IMG/VR virus record: IMGVR_UViG_3300032893_000012
Location: 45,322 to 109,321 of that record
DNA: 64,000 nucleotides
Origin: a virus
Reading direction: 5' to 3' (one strand)
In this document: one piece after another, positions 57,183 to 64,000 of the stretch
How the letters are laid out: each line of letters begins with the position of its first letter
Numbering within the stretch: the stretch's first letter is position 1
Position numbers and translations under genes: made by a program
Notes under the pieces: generated by a model
Database searches by the model: none
What the model was told of the DNA's origin: nothing
What the model saw: the letters and a program-made list of their open reading frames with translations, nothing else

Positions 57183-57547
57183 ACCCGTTGAAAGAAGGGG
57201 TGCGCGTGGTGTTTCCGATGCGCCGCGGTACCGTGGAGATCGTTGACGGCAGCGGTGCTGGCTCGTTCGCGGTCAAGTTCGACGGGGCACAGGGCGAATT
57301 GCAGTGGTTCGACTTCTCGGACAACTGGATCGAGGAAGCGATACTCCCCACGGAACCAAAGACGCTCCGTGACCGCATCGCGCACGCAATCAACGCGACG
57401 AGCTCCGAGAATGGCTCGAACACGCCGGACTTCATCCTCGCCGAGTTCTTGACCGAATGTCTTGCTGCGTTCGACAAGACGGTGCAAGCGCGAGCCAAGT
57501 GGTACGACCGTATGGATCAGCCGGCGGCGTCGAGGAAGGTCAAATGA
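57179..57547 (+). CDS. Two-domain phage protein
   Basis: C-terminal IN..S.ENGSNTPDFILAEFL. Confidence 0.65.
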   Translation: MNPLKEGVRVVFPMRRGTVEIVDGSGAGSFAVKFDGAQGELQWFDFSDNWIEEAILPTEPKTLRDRIAHAINATSSENGSNTPDFILAEFLTECLAAFDKTVQARAKWYDRMDQPAASRKVK

Positions 57548-57909
57548 AGAAGGCGAAGGCGAAGTACATAACGAGAAGAGGTACTCCGAGGAAACGCGGT
57601 ATTCGACGAAGGCGCTTGAAGTTTCGGCCGCCAACGAAAGCTGAGATCAAGAAGCGAATTCAAGCGGCGTTCACGTCACGCTTCGGCGCGATCTGTTTTT
57701 ACCTCGGATTCGATCTTGGTACAGATCGAGTTCTAGAGAAAGCCGCGAAACAAAGGAGCGTCGGCTCCGGCTTCGATATCAGCTGCGGTCTCCGCGACAT
57801 CGAGTTCCAGTTCAAGACACGCGCTCACATGCTCGCTTGTGTCAAACGGATCAAGGCGACGAAAATCAAGGGAGTGACCGTGATGATTAGCGAGACCTGG
57901 AAGGCGTAG
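57544..57909 (+). CDS. Basic hypothetical protein
   Basis: ATGA coupling; GSGF..RDIEF. Confidence 0.55.
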   Translation: MKKAKAKYITRRGTPRKRGIRRRRLKFRPPTKAEIKKRIQAAFTSRFGAICFYLGFDLGTDRVLEKAAKQRSVGSGFDISCGLRDIEFQFKTRAHMLACVKRIKATKIKGVTVMISETWKA

Positions 57910-58338
57910 ATGATCCATTTCGCCCAACGAAGAGTCGCCGCCTGGGTACTCGAAGTGCTCGGGCCCGAGTCGCTCTCCAATCCCAAGGAGCGCGCGCTTC
58001 GGTTCGTGGAGGAGGCTATCGAGCTCGCGCAAGCGTGCAGCCTCGACGCCGAGACGCTGCACAAGCTCGTCGACTACGTCATGCAGCGACCAGTCGGAGA
58101 TCCAGAGAAAGAGATCGGGGGTTGCTTCATCACGCTCTATGCGGTCGCAGAAGCGATCGACGCCGACGCCGATGCGGCCTTCACTCGAGAACTCAAGCGA
58201 GTTCGTAATCCGGAGGTCATCGAGCGCGTTCGTCGGCGACAGCAGGAGAAGCGAGAGGCGCTCATAGCTGAGCCGCGCAAAGATGAGGCTCGCGAAGATG
58301 GTTCGAAAGATGATAGAGAGCGCCCGGCGTCGCCCTGA
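57910..58338 (+). CDS. MazG-like nucleotide pyrophosphohydrolase-fold protein
   Basis: ERALRFVEEAIELAQA..RPVGDPEKEIGG. Confidence 0.6.
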   Translation: MIHFAQRRVAAWVLEVLGPESLSNPKERALRFVEEAIELAQACSLDAETLHKLVDYVMQRPVGDPEKEIGGCFITLYAVAEAIDADADAAFTRELKRVRNPEVIERVRRRQQEKREALIAEPRKDEAREDGSKDDRERPASP

Positions 58339-58368
58339 GCGGGTCTCGGGGCGTCGCCCGGGGGCCCT

Positions 58369-58626
58369 GTGAGGCGTGACCTTTCTTTCTGGGTCACGAT
58401 CCGCGAACGCGGGCACGACCGGCGCACCGGCGCGGTCGCAGAGATCTTCGAAACCGTTGACGGCTACGGGTGGCGCGTGATTCACGCGGAGGGACAGATG
58501 CGCGGAGAAAGCGTTTCACAGAAGGGAGCGCGGGCTGCTGCTCGGCGGTTCGTGCGGAAGCTGCCAGACCGCCAAGAAGAGGGGCGGCCGCCGAAACAGA
58601 TGACGATTTTCGAGAAAATTGGCTGA
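58369..58626 (+). CDS. Hypothetical protein
   Basis: 85 aa ORF; last gene of the rightward operon. Confidence 0.45.
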   Translation: MRRDLSFWVTIRERGHDRRTGAVAEIFETVDGYGWRVIHAEGQMRGESVSQKGARAAARRFVRKLPDRQEEGRPPKQMTIFEKIG

Positions 58627-58651
58627 AGGAGTGAAATGAGGCCGCGGCGAG

Positions 58652-58667
58652 TGTTTCACGTGAAACG
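58652..58667. promoter_or_regulatory. parS: parS-like centromere site
   Basis: TGTTTCACGTGAAACG, 15/16 match to the chromosomal parS consensus TGTTTCACGTGAAACA; intergenic between convergent genes. Confidence 0.75.
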
Positions 58668-58681
58668 TTGGTGGGTGGCGG

Positions 58682-59245
58682 TTAAAGGGAGACCTCGAGC
58701 GGGAACACCACGGCATCGGCGCGCAGGTAGAGCGGATGCCCCGGCTCTCCGTCCTTCGTGAGCTTCAACGCGAAGACGCGGATTCCATGCGCATCGAGGA
58801 GTCGGAGAACGTCACGCCCGCGGGCACCGCCGAGCTTGCCCCACCCAGCGACGACGATGCCAGCACGCTTCGCCATCGACAGGATGTGCGCGTCGTTGTC
58901 GGGGCCGATCGCCTCGGGGTCAGTCGGCAGGAGCTTCGGTTTTGTCTCGCGCCATGCCCGCGCATTCGCGATACCTGCCCAGCCGTAGCCCCACGTTCGC
59001 GCGTATCCGATGCAGCGAGTGACCGTCGGGTCCGGCTCGAGATGCGTCGCCGTCGACGGATTCGCGAGGCAGAAGAGCGCCATCCGGTCGTCGTCAACAC
59101 CGGTGGGCCATTCGAGCTCGTAGCGGTATAGGCCAAGACCGTCCTTGCCGCCTCCGTCCATCGAGAAGACGACGCGGGGGGCGCTCAAGGAAGAGCGAGA
59201 GGGCGGTCCCCGGAGCCAGGCAGCGGCGCGTTCCATGGTCGTCAA
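58682..59245 (-). CDS. DUF1643 family protein
   Basis: YRYEL.W..LANPSTA..DPTVTRC..WGYG..N..VVAGWG..TKDGEPGHPLY. Confidence 0.9.
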   Translation of the reverse strand: MTTMERAAAWLRGPPSRSSLSAPRVVFSMDGGGKDGLGLYRYELEWPTGVDDDRMALFCLANPSTATHLEPDPTVTRCIGYARTWGYGWAGIANARAWRETKPKLLPTDPEAIGPDNDAHILSMAKRAGIVVAGWGKLGGARGRDVLRLLDAHGIRVFALKLTKDGEPGHPLYLRADAVVFPLEVSL

Positions 59246-59381
59246 CCGTCGAACCTCTCGTCATAAGCGAGCCCGCAGTCAGGACACCTCCAGTGCCCGC
59301 AACCCGGATGACACTCGCGCATTCGTCGGTGCACGCACGTGATGCCGCGAAGTATCGCGTGCGCGTATGCCCACCACTCTT

Positions 59382-59555
59382 TCACGCCGCTCGCGCCTTC
59401 CTAACGAACTGCTTCTCGAGCGCAGCTCGCACGATCGCGCTCGTCTTGACCTCTGCTCCGATCTTCTTGCTCATCCGCTGACGCTCGCGCTCAATGGCGA
59501 GCGTCAGTTGACGCGGAAGCCGGATGTTCAAGTAATCGACGTTCTTCACGGCCAC
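59382..59555 (-). CDS. Ribbon-helix-helix regulator divergent from the primase gene
   Basis: YLNIRLPRQL..SAIVRAALEK. Confidence 0.65.
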   Translation of the reverse strand: MAVKNVDYLNIRLPRQLTLAIERERQRMSKKIGAEVKTSAIVRAALEKQFVRKARAA

Positions 59556-59685
59556 GATAAGTAACACGACCGAGCCGTGTTTTACAATCCCCACGGTTTG
59601 CTTGACGCACCTTCCACATAGCGCCTAGTCTCGCTCTTCCCGCCAGCCTCGATCTGAAGAGGGAACCAGCATGGAGGATTCGACC

Positions 59686-62472
59686 ATGAGCGACACAGGT
59701 GACGACGCCGTAGACCCGCCTCCTCGTCCACCAAGTCTCTCGATCCCCGAATCTCTCCTGACCGTAGAATCGACCGAAGACGCCGTCGCCATTTGCTCCA
59801 ACTGCGGCCTCCGCCCGCTCCTGCTCCACGCCCCGACGCCCGAGGGCGGATGCACCTGCGGCAAGGTACACGACAAGACCGCGAGCGGATCCTCATCGAC
59901 CGGCAAGCATCCGATCCAGTCGAACTGGCAGAAGCGCGAGCTTACGCTCGACGATCTGCGCGACCAGATGGCGCGCCTGCGGTTCACGCCGAACGTCGGC
60001 ATGGTGCTCGGCAAGCAACGCGACGGCGAATACATCATCGCGGTCGACGTCGACGACGAGGCGCGCTTCGCGGAGCTCGAGGTTGAGCTCGGCCCACTCC
60101 CGGAGACCCCGCGCTGCGACTCTGGGCGGGGCTACCGCCTCTTCTTCACACTGCCGCAGGAGATCGACGTCTCTCGGTTGAAGAACGTCACAGGGCTCGG
60201 TAGCGAACCGGGCGCCCCGAAACCTGGCGTCGACATCAAGGCTGAGGGCGGGCAGGTCGTCATCGCGCCGTCGTTGCATGCCAATGGCAAGCGGTACGTC
60301 TGGACGCGTGTCGGCGAGATCGTACCGCTGCCGCTTCAGTGGGCCCTCAGACTCGTCAAGCCGCCAGAGATCCCGAAGTTCATCGCGAAATACACGCCGG
60401 CGCAGATGAACAAGCCTGGGCACGCGCGTAACCGCGCGGAGCGCTACCTGGAAGCTGCCGTCACCGGGGAAGCGCGCGCGCTTGCTGGATGCGGGCAAGG
60501 GATGCGGAACAACACGCTCTTCAGCAGTGCGTGTCGCATGTTCGAATACTGCGGCGGGATGCACCTCTCCCACAAGTGGCAGTGGGTTCACGACGAGCTG
60601 CTCTCTGCTGCGCGCTCCTGCGGGCTCCCCGAACACGAGTCGCGAGCCACGCTGTCGAGCGCCGAGAGACGGGTACGAGAGAGCGGCAAGGTTCGCTCGC
60701 CGATGGTGCTCGCGGATCCGGCGCCGCCGTCTCAGGAGCCGCCGCCGGGGGCGGGGGATGCGTGGGAGCCGGAGACGCCGCTGTTTACCAGCGCGCCCAT
60801 TTCCAAATCTGCAAAGCCAGAAATCAGAGTTACCCACGAAGTAATGGAAAATGCCACGGAGGCGATAACTGCTCTGAAAAGAGATCCGAATATCTACAAG
60901 CGAGAGACAAAACTGGTTTTCATCGCTCGCGTCTCACGTGAGCAGAGCGATGAATCAGAGCCAGTCATGGGAGACGACGGTGAAATACATCGTCAGCTCG
61001 TTGAAGGATCGCCTCAAATATGTGAAATGGAGACACCGACACTTCGTGAACGACTGTCTGCTGTTGCCACCTTTAAAAGATGGAACAACAGAGCACAGGC
61101 ATACATACCAATAGTTCCAACCGATGAGATAGTCGGAGCTGTCAAAAAAAGATCTGATTGGCCAGGTATAAGACCACTCATAGGAGTTGTGGAGACTCCA
61201 ATTCTTAGGGCTGATGGAAGAATCGTTCAGGAAGAGGGATACGATCCGATAACTCGTTACGTGTACATGCCTAGCGAAAAATTCCCCACTGTGACTGATG
61301 ATAAGGCCACGCAAGAAAATGCGCGATGGGCCCTTCGGTTTCTGAGTGAATGCTTCTGCGATTTTCCGTACGTAAACGAAGCACACAGATCTGTACCGAT
61401 AGCAGCTATTCTTACGCTCATCGCAAGACCTGCGATTCTTGGATCAGTGCCGGCGGTACTGTTCGATGCATCAACACGAGGCTCTGGTAAAACGCTTCAG
61501 ACCGACGCAATCGCAACAGTTGCCACCGGTCGCGGCGCACCGAGAATGAATTACACCAGTGACGAAGTAGAACTGGAAAAAATCCTCGCTGGTTACGCTC
61601 TTCGTGGTTCTTCTTTCATTTGTTTAGACAACATCCCTGCCATGCGTCCCTTCGGTGGGGGCCCAATGGACCGAGTCATCACAGTACGTGATGACGTAGA
61701 GTTAAGGATTCTCGGTTCCCACAAAGTAGTAACGCTTCAATGGCGCGCCATGATCATGGCTACAGGTAATAATATTAGCTTCTATGGAGACACCAGCCGT
61801 AGAGTTCTTATGGCAAGGCTAGAACCTACCGAAGAGAAACCGGAGCAGCGCACGAAGTTTAAGCACGATGATCTACTTGGATGGATTAGAAATCAAAGAC
61901 CGCGCCTTGTGTCTGCTGCACTTTTGATCATTCGCGCCTACTTCAGAGCAGGGCGCCCGGATATGGGATGCGCCAGATGGGGTAGTTTCGAGGAATGGGG
62001 CAAACTGATTCCTCACGCAATCGTGTTTGCCGGCGGAGCCGATCCGATGCTTGCCAGGCCGGAGATGGAAGAGGAAGTAGACGATCAGCTGCGCAGCATT
62101 CGCGTCATCATGGCTGGGATGCAAAGGATGGTGGGAGACGAGGAATTTCGTTTGAGCTCCGTGATCGATCTTCTATTCAGGAGCCAGAGGACGCCTGATC
62201 CGAAGAACGGGGGCTTTCTTCCAGATGGACTGGAAGACATTCGAGATGCCATAGAAACGCTTGTTGGGAAGCGGGGTATGAAATTCGAGGGCAGGATGCA
62301 GGTGCCGGACCCGGTGGAACTGGGACGCCGTATGGCTTCGTTTAAGGGTCGTGTGATCGGCAACATGCGTATCATCACGAAGACGGGGGGAGGGGGCGTC
62401 ATGAAATGGCGTATTGCGTCAATAATCTCCCCAAGTGGCACGAATTTATCCACCGACAACTCAGTCCATTAG
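59686..62472 (+). CDS. Bifunctional primase-polymerase fused to a P-loop helicase-like domain
   Basis: CTCG..GKHP, NVG..VDVD, GVDIK..GGQVVIAPSLHANG.RY.W, GMRNNTL (PriCT-like), Walker A GSGKT, LDN, ATGNN. Confidence 0.9.
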   Translation: MSDTGDDAVDPPPRPPSLSIPESLLTVESTEDAVAICSNCGLRPLLLHAPTPEGGCTCGKVHDKTASGSSSTGKHPIQSNWQKRELTLDDLRDQMARLRFTPNVGMVLGKQRDGEYIIAVDVDDEARFAELEVELGPLPETPRCDSGRGYRLFFTLPQEIDVSRLKNVTGLGSEPGAPKPGVDIKAEGGQVVIAPSLHANGKRYVWTRVGEIVPLPLQWALRLVKPPEIPKFIAKYTPAQMNKPGHARNRAERYLEAAVTGEARALAGCGQGMRNNTLFSSACRMFEYCGGMHLSHKWQWVHDELLSAARSCGLPEHESRATLSSAERRVRESGKVRSPMVLADPAPPSQEPPPGAGDAWEPETPLFTSAPISKSAKPEIRVTHEVMENATEAITALKRDPNIYKRETKLVFIARVSREQSDESEPVMGDDGEIHRQLVEGSPQICEMETPTLRERLSAVATFKRWNNRAQAYIPIVPTDEIVGAVKKRSDWPGIRPLIGVVETPILRADGRIVQEEGYDPITRYVYMPSEKFPTVTDDKATQENARWALRFLSECFCDFPYVNEAHRSVPIAAILTLIARPAILGSVPAVLFDASTRGSGKTLQTDAIATVATGRGAPRMNYTSDEVELEKILAGYALRGSSFICLDNIPAMRPFGGGPMDRVITVRDDVELRILGSHKVVTLQWRAMIMATGNNISFYGDTSRRVLMARLEPTEEKPEQRTKFKHDDLLGWIRNQRPRLVSAALLIIRAYFRAGRPDMGCARWGSFEEWGKLIPHAIVFAGGADPMLARPEMEEEVDDQLRSIRVIMAGMQRMVGDEEFRLSSVIDLLFRSQRTPDPKNGGFLPDGLEDIRDAIETLVGKRGMKFEGRMQVPDPVELGRRMASFKGRVIGNMRIITKTGGGGVMKWRIASIISPSGTNLSTDNSVH

Positions 62473-62547
62473 CCGCGCGCCTATAACCTTCTGATCTGGT
62501 TGGCACGGATTATTCCAATCAATTAATTTCGATATCTTATGAACCTG

Positions 62548-62742
62548 TTACAGTATTACTTGAGTGGGGTGGGTTGATAGGGTGGTGACCCTACCGCCGA
62601 TTTTTCGAAAATCCTTGTGAGTTTGTCAGAATGCGGGCGACGATTTTCTCGTCCAACCCACGGCACGTCTCTATGGATTTTCGAATCGTCCGTGGTGACC
62701 TGGCCACCCCTCCCATCCTACCCAACTCAAGCATCACTGTAA
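62548..62742. repeat. Imperfect inverted repeat of about 67 bp with a 60-bp spacer, candidate replication origin
   Basis: Left arm ttacagtattacttgagtggggtggg..ttcgaaaatcc (62548-62614) mirrors the right arm 62675-62742; AT-rich patch immediately left. Confidence 0.7.
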
Positions 62743-62744
62743 AA

Positions 62745-63308
62745 ATGAGCAACAACTACTACTGCTCTCTCTGTGGAGAGAAGAATGTCAGTCAGCTTTG
62801 CGCCATCTGCTTCTGCTGTAGACAGATCCTCAAACGAAACCGTTCTCAGTCTGAACGGCCGCCGGAGGGTAACTGTTTCTACTGTCAGGAGTACTTCATC
62901 GAGCTCACTACAGACCACGTTGTGCCGATAATAAGAGGAGGCCCAGAGCTGCCGTGGAATCTTGTGGCCGCATGTTTGCACTGCAATCTTCAGAAGAACG
63001 ATCGGATACCATCCGAATGGTGCCCTCAAAATGAGGAAGCAATAAAGATTCAGAAGAGCGTGTCCAACATCTTACCGAGAATGAGAAACGGTAAACTTCT
63101 CGACAACGAGTCGGTTATTTATTTCAGAACGTGGGCGCTCACCACGAGCTTCGCCGCCTCTCTTTCGGAAGCTATGAACTCGCTTAAAAAGTCAGACTCT
63201 GTTGGCAAAAGAATCTACACACTATGGACGAGAACTCATGATTTGCGAGTGCATCTAATCGATCATCCGAAGGTGCTTGGGGCTAGGCTTCCTCCGGAAG
63301 AGGAATGA
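62745..63308 (+). CDS. HNH endonuclease with Zn fingers
   Basis: CFYC..TTDHVVP..RGG..NLVAACLHCNLQK. Confidence 0.9.
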   Translation: MSNNYYCSLCGEKNVSQLCAICFCCRQILKRNRSQSERPPEGNCFYCQEYFIELTTDHVVPIIRGGPELPWNLVAACLHCNLQKNDRIPSEWCPQNEEAIKIQKSVSNILPRMRNGKLLDNESVIYFRTWALTTSFAASLSEAMNSLKKSDSVGKRIYTLWTRTHDLRVHLIDHPKVLGARLPPEEE

Positions 63309-63330
63309 AGCAGACGAGGTAGGTAAGAAT

Positions 63331-63831
63331 ATGCCACTCTATCACCGCGCCACCTGCGGCGACTGCGGAGTCCTTGAAGGCCAGATCCACGAAGACGGCT
63401 GCGACATGGAGCGCTGCGCATTCTGCGGCTGGCAGCGTATTTCGTGCGGCTGTCCCGAGAAGCACTTCTATCCCGACTACCAACATCTCATAGATCTTCC
63501 CAAAAACTTCGAAACACTCACTCGTGAGGAGAAAGCTTCGGTTGCTGGTCTTCCTCTTAGCGTCTACGAGAACGGGCTCCCCGACGAGCAGGCGGCAGAG
63601 TGGGCTCGTATCGAATCCGAGAGGGGTCGCTTACCGTTCATCTTGTATCCGAATATCTGCAGGCGCTGTGGACAGTTGTGGCCGAAGATGTTCCGAGTTC
63701 CAGACGAAGAGTGGAAGAAGTACGTCCAGCCATCTGAGCAGAGAGAGATGCTTTGTTGGGGTTGTTACGCACAGATCAGGCTCTACATCGACGGGAAGCT
63801 TCCTGGGGATCCTGAGTTTGTTTCAAGATAG
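63331..63831 (+). CDS. Cys-rich Zn-binding phage protein
   Basis: CGDCGV..GQIH..GCD.ERC..CG.Q.ISC.C; CRRCG; LCWGC. Confidence 0.75.
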   Translation: MPLYHRATCGDCGVLEGQIHEDGCDMERCAFCGWQRISCGCPEKHFYPDYQHLIDLPKNFETLTREEKASVAGLPLSVYENGLPDEQAAEWARIESERGRLPFILYPNICRRCGQLWPKMFRVPDEEWKKYVQPSEQREMLCWGCYAQIRLYIDGKLPGDPEFVSR

Positions 63832-64000
63832 TGAAAAGAAAGAGCAAAACAAAACGTCTAGCAGAACGAGACGGAAGTGTTTGTTGGTTATGTCGACGCC
63901 CGGTTGATTTGTCTCTACCCAAGACTCATCCGCAGCATGCGACATGTGATCATGTTGAGCCCCGCAGCAAGGGCGGCAGCAATCACTTAGATAATCTTCG

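Noticed and set aside
62446-62454. DnaA-box-like TTATCCACC near the candidate origin
   Set aside because: A single 8/9 match inside a CDS; several such matches are expected by chance in 64 kb
62631-62744. N-terminal extension of the HNH ORF in the supplied track
   Set aside because: It overlaps the inverted repeat; ATG 62745 directly precedes the first Zn finger and is the more plausible start

Overview
The window reads as 64 kb of a prokaryotic virus genome (or plasmid-like provirus). It is densely packed, GC-rich and mostly hypothetical genes, with Shine-Dalgarno sites, ATGA/GTGA-coupled operons and sigma70-like promoters. I see no housekeeping operons, rRNA, tRNA, CRISPR, integrase, terminase, portal or tail sheath/tube genes. 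Gly/Ser-linker lipoproteins hint at a myxobacterial (Polyangia-like) host; this is inference. Layout: (1) 1-15 kb, putative virion module with a candidate major capsid protein, an Arg-rich membrane-anchored core protein, an intein-split transglutaminase-fold Cys enzyme, a LysM protein, a JAB/RadC protein, a GroES-like protein and many small Gly-rich membrane proteins; (2) 15-26 kb, wall hydrolases and modular polyprotein-like ORFs; (3) 26-41 kb, a 958-aa GPT collagen-like fibre next to a glycosyltransferase/HtrL/methyltransferase cluster; (4) 41-59 kb, accessory and regulatory genes including a rhomboid protease, a nicotinamidase + vWA + PP2C + kinase (TerY-P-like) operon, Fis-like and DnaA-domain-IV proteins and an intergenic parS site; (5) 59.7-64 kb, primase-polymerase/helicase, a long inverted repeat (candidate origin) and an HNH gene. 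The most notable signals are a possibly tailless membrane-containing virus with two apparent proteolytic-processing motifs (G-hydrophobic-G leaders and hydrophobic-x-E linkers), an 11-bp tandem array repeated at three structural-gene loci, and a set of host replication/segregation mimics (parS, two DnaA-IV proteins, Fis, an overprinted SSB-like DIPF tail). All family calls come from motif recognition by eye; no searches were run.
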